NCBI RefSeq assembly: GCF_018977255.1
Contig: NW_024704743.1
Coordinates: 39,558,001 to 39,622,000, forward strand
Direction of reading: 5' to 3'
DNA from: Callorhinchus milii
Lineage: Eukaryota
Length of the DNA stretch: 64,000 nt
The notes beneath the pieces are model-generated. The model made no database searches, had not been told where the DNA came from, and worked only from the letters and a program-made list of their open reading frames with translations. Positions 50,001-61,980 of this stretch are shown here, piece after piece. The position numbers and the translations under genes are program-made. Position 1 is the stretch's first letter; the number at the start of each line of letters is the position of its first letter.

Positions 50001-50500
50001 CCACATCACTCCCACCCTCGCTCGCCTCCACTGGCTCCCCATCCCCCAGAGGATCGAATTCAAGATCCTCATCCTCACCTACAAGGCCATTCACGGCCTT
50101 GCTCCCTCCTACCTCTCCGACCTACTATCCCCCTACCTACCTGCCCGTACCCTCCGTTCCTCTGGCTCCGGTCTGCTCCATATCCCCCGCCCCAACCGCC
50201 CTACCATCGGTGGCCGGGCCTTCAGCCTCTCAGCCCCTAGGCTCTGGAACTCTATCCCCCAGTGCCTTCGCCTTCCCTCCTCCCTTTCCTCCTTCAAGGC
50301 CGGTCTCAAGACCTTTCTCTTTGACCAAGACTTTGGCTCCCGTCTCGACTCTCTACCCCCTCCTCGCTCCCTCCCTTCCCTCCCCTCACACTGACCATTT
50401 CCCCCCTGCTCGGGTCCCGACCCAACTGTACAGTGCCTTGGGACGTCCTCCTGACGTGAAAGGCGCTCTATAAATGGAATCTTGTTGTTGTTGTTGTTGT
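47095..50500 (+). mobile_element. Near-full-length L2-clade LINE (APE endonuclease plus RT, frameshifted)
   Basis: Leader LGILRRAHRGTRR/RGVNLSSLIPI, EN motifs QNVRSL / LTETWL / YRPP / SDH, RT motifs YRPISNL / [12 protein letters not shown] / [10 protein letters not shown] / YADD, 3' stem-loop and (TTG)n. Confidence 0.96.
48976..50394 (+). CDS. L2 ORF2 reverse-transcriptase portion (472 open codons; part of a disrupted ORF2)
   Basis: ORF track; non-LTR RT motifs including YADD are present. Confidence 0.9.
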   Translation: MKKPSLDASQLSSYRPISNLPFLSKVLERVVASQLRSFLSTHSLFEPLQSGFRAAHSTETALVKVTNDILTICDQGSLCLLVLLDLSAAFDTVDHAILLHRLSSHLNLQGPVLEWFRSYLSHRLHFVFTNGFSSGPRTVSCGVPQGSVLGPLLFTLYMLPLGDIIRRHGVNFHMYADDTQLYLSSSTLNSTTTDVLTACLSDIESWTRDNFLQLNVRKTEALLIGSRQRLRTSGADSISIQGCTLHLSKPVRNLGVLFDPELSFLPHIRTTTGTAFHHLRNIARLRHYLTPHAAETLVHAFITSRLDYGNSLLAGLPGTSLHKLQVIQNSAARVLSRTRLRDHITPTLARLHWLPIPQRIEFKILILTYKAIHGLAPSYLSDLLSPYLPARTLRSSGSGLLHIPRPNRPTIGGRAFSLSAPRLWNSIPQCLRLPSSLSSFKAGLKTFLFDQDFGSRLDSLPPPRSLPSLPSH

Positions 50501-50574
50501 CTGGCTGGGCATTACATTCTAGACGAATTTAATCAATTTAATCTACAATATTGAGTTAAGCTGGAACTCTTATC

Positions 50575-50856
50575 AACCTGTCTGCTCTCTTCGCATCCCA
50601 CTCCTGGCCCGCCCCACCATCGGCGATCTGCCCCCACCCTTTGGAACCTCATCCCATAGTCCCTTCGCCTCGCGCCCTCCCTCGCCTCCTTCACGGCACA
50701 TCTCAAGACCCTCCTCTTTGGCCACCCTCCCACCTCCTTGCCCTCTAACCCCTCCCCCTCCCCCCCGCTCTGGTCTAAATCCTTGACTTTCCGGGGCTTT
50801 GGGACATCCTCCCAACGTGAAAGGCACTATACAAATGCAATTTTGTATTGTATTGT
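50575..50856 (+). mobile_element. L2 3' fragment
   Basis: L2 terminal motif 'tttgggacatcctcccaacgtgaaaggcactata'. Confidence 0.75.
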
Positions 50857-53219
50857 ACTCCCAAGGAAACAGCATTGACAAGGCATGATCCACAGGATGG
50901 CAAGTTTGATGATAGGAGTGAAGCAGCTTTTAGCTTTACTTTTATTACAAAATGCAGAGGAGGGAATATTCACCAGATATTGACTGAGACAACATTAGGG
51001 CTGGAACTTTTAACAATGTGATGATTATCACCAGTGATAAATATTATCAGTGATAAATATCACATCCCATGCTACATTTTTCATCCTATAACTTGCCTTT
51101 CCTGCAATTCTCAGCTGCCAGGCGTGTGTGCATTCTGCACTGAAGCTGTGAATGTTTATACTGGGCCTTTGCCTATTAAAAAACAGTAACCTTTCAGCTT
51201 TGAAAAGATATCCTCATAAAAAAATTAGTTCAATTTCACCTTCTACAGAATGAAAAGTCAAAAACATAATAAAAAAATTCAGGTGATGGAAAATTTCCTG
51301 AGTGAAACTAAGACTGTTTGAAACGCATAACAGTTCTCCAATGCCCCCTGAAGCTGTGTATTTATGGTTCTAAACCTTTTCTGTAAAATTGTGCTAAATT
51401 TAGAAGTCCAGAATGGGAACAAAGTTCCAGAAGTATTGCTGGGAATGCTACAGGAAAATTGCTTTAATGGCAGCTTGCTGAGGCAATCTATTGCATAAAG
51501 AAGCATAAATTACAGAATGCTCTGTAAATTGTTCCTCAGAATATCACAAATAATTTGGGGCAACTAATCCAGGGAATGGTGTTTGAATGAAAGTGAAACA
51601 AAACACATTGATAATTTTCCCTCTCCCCCTCTCACCCAAGGCTTTTCTGCCTCACGGCTCGATTCTATTCCCCATCTGTTAATAATAACATTGCCTACTT
51701 TGGAAGTGGGGGTAGGAGGAAATTAAATCTAACTGTTACAGATGTTTGCTGTGAGACACAAAATTGCAGTAAATGAAAGCATAGTGCAGCTCGGTAAGAC
51801 AAAAAATGCAATCAAGCAAATGATTGCTGAGTAAAAAAAGGAAGATTGAAGCCAGATAAAGCAGAAACCTTGTTAGCCAGCTCAACAGTTATTTATTCTT
51901 CACGGTTATTTGAAAGAAAAGATCAAGCCTCTGTAACTCTCCTACTTTGTAATCACAAGCAGTCTGCGATCTCGACATGTATCTTTTCAGACCTCAGACA
52001 GCTGAAACTGAACTACAATAAAGGTCAGAAAACCACCACTGTGTGTGACATTCCATATTACAAATGAGTTCTGAGATAAAAAAAACCAAAACCAGCAATT
52101 AGCTACTGCAACTCAGGAATGCATATCAGTAGTTAATGTTAATCATTCCAATGCTGGACCCTGCTGATATGCTGTTATTTGACTGAAGAGGATTTAATTT
52201 TTGCTGACATTCAGGAGGAAAACACAGCACTAATTTTAAAGGGCAATTTTAATCTAAAATCCAAAATATGTGTACAACATTTAATTGAAAATATGTTCTG
52301 TCTGACTGTATGTCACAAATTTTTCAAAAAATGTTGTTGTGCAAATTTACATCTGCACTGTTTCTGCATAAGACACTGGGGAAATACCACTCTATTTAAA
52401 TTGGAAGTGGAGAGAAGAAAATCATCAAGTGGAGGATTCGAGAAATAATTCTGAAGATGTGGGTGTTTATATTGGAGAAGGCAACAGAGGCCATGAAAAA
52501 CCACAAGGAAATGTCAATAAACAAGTAACTGTAACATAGCTCATTATAATATTAATAAACTGAAGCTTTTACACTAACATCAGGAGTACAGAGGAATACT
52601 GATAAACCACAGAAAATGTCAGCATGTGTTACAAGCGAGGGGGGAAAACAGGTTCTGATAGTCAACATTGTCAGTGTGAGCAGAAAGATTACTGTCAGCT
52701 GTACAACCCACTCACACAATGTAAAACCCATTCAGAAGCCGGTCAAAACAATCTGCCACCCTAGGCAAAACTCCAGTGTGCTGTTCCCTCCTATCCCCTT
52801 GGATGTTCGATAGCTTTAGCTTTAACCTAAGCGAGATGAATTTACTTTAAAACGCCTATAGGCACCGCGGGCACTAGCATGTGGCACTGACTGCAGTCCT
52901 GCCTGTCTCGACTTTGCCAGTTGAGCATTGAAAAAATAGCATCACCGAGAAATTTGCTGCTCTACGCAGTCTGTCCCACTATTTCTCGCACAATGTACAA
53001 CAAATCCGCTCACACGATTCTCACTCAACTTACTATAAATTCACCCACACTATTCTTATATTAATGGGATTTTCGTACTTTGATGTCACAAGATATGGGG
53101 TTCCATCACCTACTCTCCTAAGCGAATCAGCACTGTGTTTAAAGGTGTTAATACAAGGTTCCCCCAGTTGTGAAGAGTAATGTTCAGAAGCTTGAAGATT
53201 GTATTTAGGATGAGAAAGT

Positions 53220-53645
53220 ATGCAACATTGCCTGCCTCTGTCACTACTCTTCCCTCAGGCCATTGAAACTCTTATCCATGCTTTTACCAAGTTGAGGCCT
53301 GACTATGCCAACTCTCTTTTAGGGTGAAGGCTCATGGACCTGAAACATTGATTCACTTTCCTTTCTCCATGGATGCTGCCTGACCTGCTGAGTTTTCCCA
53401 GCTCTCTGTTTTTGTTTCAGATTCCAGCATCTGCAGTATTTTGTGTTTTGTTTTATGCCAATTCTCTGCTCACCGATCTTCCCAACATTTCCCTCCACAT
53501 GCTACAGACCATTCAGAACACTGCAACTCATGTCCTATCCCACACTAGACTCTGTGGGCCTATCACCTCTATCCTTGCCCAGCTCCAATGGCTCCCCATC
53601 TCCCAGAGGATCAAGTTCAAGTTCCTGGTCTTCAATTATAAACCC
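53220..53645 (+). mobile_element. Old L2 fragment interrupted by a PLE pseudo-LTR piece
   Basis: LHMLQTIQNTATHVLSHTRL..LQWLPISQRIKFK matches L2 ORF2. Confidence 0.75.
53318..53453 (+). mobile_element. Penelope-like pseudo-LTR 3' piece with 14-bp TSD
   Basis: Same family as 39826-40084; TSD tatgccaa(c/t)tctct at 53304-53317 and 53454-53467; hammerhead core 5'-truncated. Confidence 0.8.
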
Positions 53646-53650
53646 CTTTT

Positions 53651-54369
53651 TGTTACAGAGGCTTCCCCAACAAGTACTGAAAAGTAAGCCTGGACAATAG
53701 ACTCAAGTCTCAACATTATAGTTAGAGAACCCCCAGTTCCGTAAATAAATTGTACCACAACAACCGTTTGCAACCAGCTGTTCAGCTCACTTTATTGAAA
53801 CTTAGGATCGGATACTCAGTGTCCCATTGGGTAAGTCGATATAAGTATAATCAATCTCTTTAACAACAGAACAATACTACCGTTTTCCAATGATGGTCAG
53901 CACTTTGTCTTTGCCGCTTACAAGTTTCTTCCAGCTCTCAGTCTTCCATCAGGGGCCACGGTCAGTATGTCCGGAGTCGACTAACTTTCCAAAAAGTTTC
54001 AGGTCCCCTTGTTTTTGCTTAACCCAATCATCTTTCTTGATCCTTTCAATTCTTGTTTTACATGTGACGTACGCCCGTAACATATCCAATAATTTGCCTT
54101 GATTCTTTCAATACCTTCTTTACATATACATTTCTTGACCAATTACTCCAGTCCACCTCTCTTATCATTATGTCCTGACTTTCTTATCAACATGTGCACG
54201 TATTCCTTTGTTAGTACCCAAACCAGTTTCAACCGCACTTTCTTCTGCAGACCTTGTAAGCAGTATTTTTCCCATAATATGTCTGTTGAGTATGACTCCC
54301 CAGCCACACTCTTCTAACTTTAACCCCTTAATGACTAATCTACAAGCAAGCATTTTTTTTAATACAACA
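53651..54369 (-). mobile_element. Candidate solo LTR
   Basis: TGTT...AACA termini, flanks tttt/ttat, minus-strand AATAAA at 53791-53796 about 140 bp from the end, locally raised CpG. Confidence 0.4.
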
Positions 54370-54499
54370 TTATGTACTGCATGCTACGCGTTGAGGCCAA
54401 GATAAATGTTTAATGTAATTATATGTTCAACTTTATCTTGAAATCGCTCAAGTTATTCCTGGCAATGAGGCCACAGTGATTCATATTTTTTCGGATATG

Positions 54500-55050
54500 C
54501 CACCTGCCAGAAAATATTCTTATTTGAATCTATGTTAGTGACAGCTGCATGATTATTTGGAGGCTGTTCTTTCTTGCCCCCATTATATTGAAGGGACCTT
54601 ATTTGCTGGAAGGCTTTGTGGAAGGCTGCCATCGCATGAATATAGCAATCTTCAAAACAACAACTTGCAATCATGCGGGATAGCATCTCGGTGGGCTTAA
54701 TTGTGGTGGAGCTTGACACCGGGCCAGGTAGAGATGGGTGGTGATCTTAGGCATGGTCAAAGAGAAGCAATGCAACTTTCCGTTGTCGATTCTAGCTGGC
54801 CATGATCTAAATCAGCTCCTCCCTGTAACGTGCACGGACAGGAAAGGCAAGGTGAAGGGATTGAGTTCCAGTCCCAGGGAGTCGCGGTTGAAAGCACTGC
54901 CACTGATGATGAAGCAGAAAATGAGCGCAAACCCATTTACCTCTTTGGTGGACAATTGGACAATGTATTCCAGTGGCAGCTGACAACAATAACTGCCACA
55001 GGACATATGGAATGATGGCAGAGGTTTAGATATTGAATTAAACTTGTGCA
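54500..55050 (-). pseudogene. Fossil Penelope-like reverse transcriptase (palm/thumb)
   Basis: Minus frame ...LELNPFTLPFLSVHVT..*..RIDNGKLHCFSLTMPKITTHLYL, then SRMIASCCFEDCYIHAMAAFHKAF in another frame; resembles PLE motifs LPFLD / NG-L-T-Y-KPT-T--YL / R--RICS. Confidence 0.5.
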
Positions 55051-56897
55051 ACATGATGAAAATATAGTGGAATCATTCATGTTTCCTACTGTCACAGCCA
55101 ATGGCAATGCTTTTACTGCCAAGTGATGAGGGGAATCAAGCCCAGTGTCATTTAGAGAGTGACTGCTGGCTTGCTGTTGTTTTCATGCCTTCGCCTCAAG
55201 CATATGTGAGGGTTGAATTGTGCTGAAGTTTTTTTCAAACAAAATGATGTTTCAGCTTTGCGCACATTTCAGCCATAACATTGATCTGCGTTTATTAACA
55301 GCTGTTGGAAACATCACCCAATATTCCTTTCTACCATCAGTTGAGAGTAACAAGAATCCACCTCTGAATATTTTTCTTTACCAGTAGATAAAAGCCTGAA
55401 GCTGTAGGTCAGGGGCATTTATTAAACATTGTTCTCAGTCATTGCAGTTGTTTTCTCCTGTCCAGAAACTGGGTCTTTTATTTACTCCTACACAGCTAGA
55501 AGCAGCAATGGAAATTTACATTGCCCGGATCCTGAAATTGAAGGCTACAAGCAGATAATATCAAACATGGCTCCTGCTCAGCGGGATCTTTTTGTAACAT
55601 TATGTGCATTGTTCCAAACACAGATTCAAACTCTGAGAGAACTTTGAATTCTTGGCTGATACCTCAATGAAGTGTTGGGGGTGTGCTGCGTTGTTCGAGG
55701 TACCTCTTTCTGATGAGACATCTGCCTATTCAAGTGGACATTAAATATTACGTATCACTAATTGAAAAAAGACAAAAGTTTCTCCCAATATCCTGGCCAA
55801 TAATTCCCCAAATAAAATTAGTTACTCACTTCATAGCGTTTTGTTCATAGTCATGTCTGTGCATTAACTGTGTGCGGCATTCACCAGCAAAATATACAAT
55901 CATTGCACGCCACAGTTTAATCTGTCATGCACTTTGAGAAGTTCTGCTGATGTGAAAGATGCTGTAGTATATCAAAATCAAAGATTTTTATTAAATAGTG
56001 AAAGGGCAGATTTTACTTCATTACTTTGCAAAGATAGTGGTGTATATAGAGATTACATTATAGATTGGACTACCTAGGGAGGTGGTAAAGGAGATAGAGT
56101 CAGCAAATTCAAGAGGAAATCAGACAGGCATTTGGTGAAAGTTTGATTGTGGGGCAGAGAAGAGAGAGTAATATCATGCAGTGTAATAATATCCTTGCAT
56201 TTAATAGAGCGCAGTTCATATTGAGAGGATATTTCAAAGTGTTTCACAGGATTTACTGTTTGTGCATTTACTTATTTGTTCATTTACTTTTTATTTAATT
56301 AGCTTTTTATAAAATCTTCTTTGGAACTATCATTGTGACCACAGTGTTTTTTTTTCCGATTACCACATGGTTGGCTGTGATCTCAACATTGTTGGTGTGG
56401 AAATTTGCTGAGCATTTACCCTCAGAGGGAATAAACCACTCAGGTGACAGTTGAACTTGAGTGGTCCAACTGGCGGTCCTCGGGCCACATCCGGCCCGGT
56501 GGGTGAAATTATGCTCCCCGTTGGCCTATGAGAGCAGAATTCCAGCCCTTGTAGATACATAAAGTATGCAAAAGCAAAATTAAAGATAAAAAAATGACAA
56601 GGAGACAGCTCAGTGTAGAGCTAAATTACAAAATAGGATTGCTTGTCTTGTTTTAATAATAAAAAAAGTTCTGTTTCACATAGCATCTTTCACAATGGAA
56701 GGATGACTCAAAGCACACCACAGCAATTGGAGCTGTGTTAAGATTTCCCACTGAAAATTGTGACTGGTTTGTTTTTCTTTGAACTGTTAATATCAATTGC
56801 AAACCAAGCCTGATTTTATTACAACCATTACTTTGACTGAAAATTGAGTCATTAATGCTTGCCCCACATTGCCATGACAATGACATCTACCTGACAT

Positions 56898-57310
56898 AAT
56901 AACAACAACTTGGATATATATAGCGCCCTCCACATCGGATGGCGTCTCAGAGCGCTTTACAGTTTTGGATCCCAGGACCGAGCCAGGGGGAGGGGGAGGA
57001 AGGTGACCTAAGGCAAAGTCAAAAAGAAAGGTCTTCAGCAGAGCCTCGGGGCACAGTGGCCGCCGAGAGTGGAGCAGAGGACTCGGGGGACGAGGAGGAG
57101 GCCAGACCCGGAGGAACGAAGGCAATGGGCACTGTTTTGAGGAGGGAGGAGGTCAGAGAGGTAGGGGTATGCAGAGGAGTGCAGGGACTTGTATATGAGG
57201 GTGAGGATCTTGAAGTCGATCCTCTCTAGGACAGGCAGCCAGTGCAGTCTGGCAAGGACTGGTGTGATCGGGGAGCGGAGTTTGGTGCAGGTGAGAATGC
57301 GGGTGGCAGA
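56898..57310 (-). mobile_element. L2 LINE 3' fragment
   Basis: [24 protein letters not shown]; (CAA)n tail. Confidence 0.88.
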
Positions 57311-58204
57311 GGTGATGGCTGGGGGTAATGACATCCAACAGAACACTCAATGGTATCTTAACAACACCAAAACAGGAGCTCTAAGAATAAAAATTGACAT
57401 GTTTTGTATAAGATTTTTCACATTAATATTTCATAAGCAGCTTACTGCTGTTGACTATTTTCTTTTCGAAAATAATTTAATTACTCCCATACCCTGAAGA
57501 AGTCTAAAGAATGAGCTGAGGTGAAGATCTATTCATTATCGTGGGGATTTCAACCACCAGCATATCAATGGGGTATATTATTGGCCATGTGTAAACCTTA
57601 TGTAAATTCAAGTGTATTATGTGCTTGGTTTATATCAATGTGCAAAAGAGCAATTATAAATGCCTTTAGTTATATCATTATTAACCAATGAACATAACCA
57701 ATAATTAATGTTTCTTCTTAAGAACATCATTGCATACACATAGTGTATAGTGAACCCAACTGTAGTTTAGTTATTCTAATTAAGTTAAATCACAGCAAAG
57801 TAATAAAAATATAATAAATGATAAGAATCCTTGCATTTGATATATTGCCTCTCATATCACGATGACGTCTCGAAGTGCTTCACAGGATTTACAAAAAGAT
57901 TATTTAAAAGTGTTTTTTCAAAAATATTGGCTTCAAAAAAATTATACAATTAAAAGGAGGCATGCGAAAAACAGGCATTGAGTCTATTAGCACAGGCTTA
58001 TCGTCACAATTGTTCATTTCTGTGGGTGATTAGCATTGGATACAGAAGTGCGCATTGTATCAATTATGTAGTTTTCACATATTACTGCTGGTTTTTCATT
58101 TGGTTGAAAGTCATCATGTGCAAAGTATCACTTTGGGACAAGATTGTAAATTATTTATACAGCTCATAGTATTGTGTGTAAACAAAATCTCAATATATAC
58201 AGTT

Positions 58205-58585
58205 CACCTACCCCCTCCCCCTTTTCTGTGACCATTACCACAGCATTTTGGTCCCAGATACACCTTTTCTCTCCCTGATCTGCCTGTTTTGTTGCAAGTT
58301 TTCTCCCTCCCCTTTGTTCTGCATCATTAACACCTATTTAATCCATGATCCCCTGTCCTCTACCTCCATTTTCTCCTTTGTCTTCCTTGCCCTGCCTCCC
58401 CCCTCTCTGTTAGCCCTTTAAAGCCTCTCCTTCCCAATATGCCCCAGTTCTGATGAAGATCATGGACCTGAAATGTTGACTCACATTCCTTTCTCCATAG
58501 ATGCTGCCTGACCTGCTGAGTGTTCCCCGCAACTTGTTTTCAGTTTTTTTTTTTTGTTTTCAGATTTCCAGCATCTGCAGTATTT
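58205..58585 (+). mobile_element. Penelope-like 3' region with a degenerate hammerhead (58446-58482), followed by a short L2 tail (58583-58648)
   Basis: agtt-CTGATGA-agatc atg gacct-GAAA-tgtt-gact followed by 'gatgctgcctgacctgctgag...ccagcatctgcagtattt'. Confidence 0.75.
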
Positions 58586-59499
58586 GGGACGTCCTCCTGA
58601 CGTGAAAGGCGCTTTATAAATGGAATCTTGTTGTTGTTCTTGTTGTTGGCATTTTGTTCTCAATATATACTGTTGAAACTTGGGGAATTGGATTGATGAC
58701 ATTTATTTTGTAAAGATCTCATTTCGCTCAAAATAGAGCAATACAATATTGTTGAAAAAGTTAGTCTGTGATTTTGTTGTCAGAAAAGTTATTGTTATCT
58801 TTTGTAGCCAGAAAGGTTTTGTCCTATGTTTTGCACTTCTACTGTTAAAATGTTTCCAATGGTGTCTCCACCAGACAAAGTATGGGCTAAACACCTATTG
58901 AAACGGGAGGAATAGAAGTACCAAAAAACACTTCTACCAAGTCTGAGCCAACTGGACTAAACTGGATTGAATGTGTACTTAAGAAAAGAACATTAAGCAA
59001 GTAAGGAACCAGTGATTGCACATCCGCAATAATAATGAGAGTTCCATGCTTCCGTACCAGCTCAGGAGTTGACCCCTTGAAGAATAGAAAAGTCCACAAA
59101 TACAGTGGTGGATTGTGGATTTAAAAATAAAAATGATTAAACAGTAAATGTTTGACTTCATCAAAATGATCGGCTCAGAAATGCAAGAAAAAATTGAAAT
59201 GCCTACTGATGTCAAGGTAAGGGAATTGATAGTGAAGGATGGGGAGGTTCCTTTGATGACTGGATTGTGTTGTTATTCTGTGGCAGCATTGCCACTATCT
59301 GAACCAAATAAAAGTGTTATTGAAGTACAAGTAGTAAATGTATATTTTCCGCTGCATCATTGATGGATTTACCATTATCTCAAAGACTGCTCCTTGGCAG
59401 GGGGTGGGTGGTGGAGGGGGTGAGAGGTAAGCAAGGTCTCCTTGGTTCCAAGGTGATAATGTTTGGCAATGGAATGTCGGATTGAGTCAAATCTCTGTG

Positions 59500-59902
59500 G
59501 TGATCTCAGTAGTCCGTTTTCCTGAGTCAGGTGGGTCCACAGTATTCCAGGGCACTGCTGACGACAGCACAGCCAGCCTGGCACATCAGTAGGATTTGAC
59601 GGACTGGTCACTGGGGATATGGATTGTTCTTGCAAGCTACAAGCCAAAGCCTCGACTGTTAGAATAGTTCTAGTTTGACAGGCAGCAGGAACCCCATCTC
59701 ACAGATTTGGGATACCCAAGCCTTAGCTCTTGCCTGCCTGTGTCTAGTAAGCAAGATGTGTCCCTCCAGAAATCGAGTGCGCATTCCCTTCTAATACATG
59801 AGATTTCCATGTTTAGGTGGGATGCATGAAACTCTCCGTATTGGGTGGAAGCTCTACAGAATGGAGATGGATTCCACATGTGTTAGACATCCGGCTGACC
59901 AA
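59500..59902 (-). repeat. Unclassified ancient dispersed repeat, copy 3
   Basis: Reverse complement 'ttggtcagccggatgtctaacacatg...gaatgcgcactc...ggcaagagctaaggcttggg'. Confidence 0.7.
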
Positions 59903-61812
59903 AAGAAAAAGACGAAGTGAAAATCTCGATCAGCACAGTACAGAAATCATGGACAATAAATAAGTTGTTATTCAAAACGGCATACCAAAATGTTGTTTAA
60001 ATATTATGTGCAAAAACATATTGACAAAGAAAATATTTTAATATAACAATAAGAGAGAAGGCAGAGAAGACATTAAAAAGAGGGTTGCAAAAGTGAATGA
60101 ACAGGAGATAGAAAATGCATTAATGACTACTTTTTGGAGATTTTTACTGGGGAGGGCATTAAAATATGTGGCTTAAAACCAACAAATCTCCTGGGTGGAA
60201 GATTTTTTTATTTAGCTTGATATTAGAATTGTTTATTGTCAACAGTTTTGTGTGTGCATTGACACCAACAACAACAACTTGCATTTATACAGCGTTCTTC
60301 ATACAAGGCAGCATCTCAGAGGGCTTAATGATTGTAGATTGGACAATAAATGATTGTAGCTTATGAAAACAACACCGCGTGAACTGTTCACCAGTACTGG
60401 GAATGAATTACTATTTGAATAATCACTCAATAATACAATGCACAAGTCATCAGTTGTAATATGATGCAAGTATCCATTATCTTTACTCTTATTTACTCAA
60501 TGCCTGCATAATACCTACACATTTTATTTCAAATAATAATTTTACTTATTCATCAATACTTGTTATTTGAAAAAAGAAAAAACAATTTCACTCGGTGTCT
60601 TGACCAACAATCTTCAAATAAAATTGGCCATTCTCTTGGACATTGCCATGTGAAAATTAGCTGTCACGTTTGCCTACAAAATACACAGTCACTACATATT
60701 ACAGAGAATTACTGTGAAGCACTTTGAGACATCTTGCTGAAGTGAAAGGCGCCAAAGAAGTGTAAATTATTATTATGAATTATAATGTAGTGTAGCGGTC
60801 AATAGGATCTCAGGATACAAAGGCTCAAGGGGGAGCCCTGTGTTTGCTTAAAGAGGTGATACCGCCCCATGTCTCTCCAGCTGGGGCTGGACTGAGAAGG
60901 TTGGAAACCCTAAGCTACTTAGCTGTCTCTAAGTTAGTTAATGAGCAGGAGAGGATTGCGATTGCACGGGTCCGTAACAGGGGTGACACCTCCGCAAGCC
61001 CAGGTGCCAGCACCCCTATGTGGCTGCTGCATTGCTGTTCCAGGTTCCCTCCCAAGATTAAATATGTGATCGTCTCCATCAGCGAAGCTTTCAAACAAAT
61101 TTGAAGTGCCGTGTGTGCAAAGAAATATCCAAAGACCCTGGATCCAGTGATCTGCATTCTGATTCATTTGAGTAAAATCTCAAAGGCTGAATAAATGGAT
61201 AAGGATGAAGTCTGAAGGATAAACAAGCAGTCAAGGGAAGGTTCATGTCACAACTGGATGGTTGTGATCAATCCTTATTGCAAGGAGATCTGTGTCAATT
61301 TGATATTTTAGCTGGTGAATCAAAGTATCAATTTAAATCCATTGCACTTTGCATCTCTGTCCCAGTAAGTTCATCTTCATAGACCAATAGCGAGTTGGTA
61401 CTCCGCATGAAGGGCACAATACAAATGCAAGTTATTAATGTTATTTGTTCTTGTAAAAGCAAGTGAACTTCCCAGGTATAGCAGGATAGTTACAATAAAT
61501 TATCATTGGCAAAGTTGGAAGATTTCTACTTTACATGACTTACTCTTTATTCAAGCTTTAGAACTCTGTTGTAAGAAGCATTCAGAACTCTCTCTCCAAG
61601 TTTATACTATTTCTGCTCTTGTGTATTATTTTCTAGCTGATTTTGTTTGAATAATTCTGTAAATAAACTTGTTTGGTCTGATTGCCAAATGACTGTGTCA
61701 GATTGAGTTATGCAGGAGAAAGCAAGTGCATTCAGAGACTATCCAATAATACTCATTAATATTCATTAATATACTCATATACTCATGTCAACACATTTAA
61801 AAAGTAAATAAA

Positions 61813-61980
61813 ATAATAATAATAACCCTTGCATTTGATATACTGCTTTTCATGTCTTCTAGATGTCTCAAAGCGCTTCACAGAGTATACTATAAAGTGA
61901 ATTGACTGTACATTTGTTGGTGAAACGCGGCAGCCAATTGCGCACAGCAGTGTCCTACAAACAGTCGTGGATTCAAGTGA
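61813..61980 (-). mobile_element. tRNA SINE 3' half
   Basis: Homology to the other copies. Confidence 0.8.

Noticed and set aside
49646..50473. 275-aa ORF and other Pro/Ser-rich or antisense ORFs over LINEs and SINEs (e.g. 1562..1927, 9183..9671, 20582..20974, 43868..44257)
   Set aside because: Alternative-frame shadows of GC-skewed repeat sequence
54830..55015. Kelch-like IYLFGG peptide on the plus strand
   Set aside because: Single short motif, in register with the antisense frame that shows several ordered RT-like motifs
56460..56500. hAT/Charlie MITE-like terminal motif (gggccacatccggccc)
   Set aside because: Too short; no second TIR or 8-bp TSD found
58887..59363. ORFs 58887..59099 (-) and 59148..59363 (+) as host-gene exons
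   Set aside because: Only one good splice boundary each and no recognisable homology
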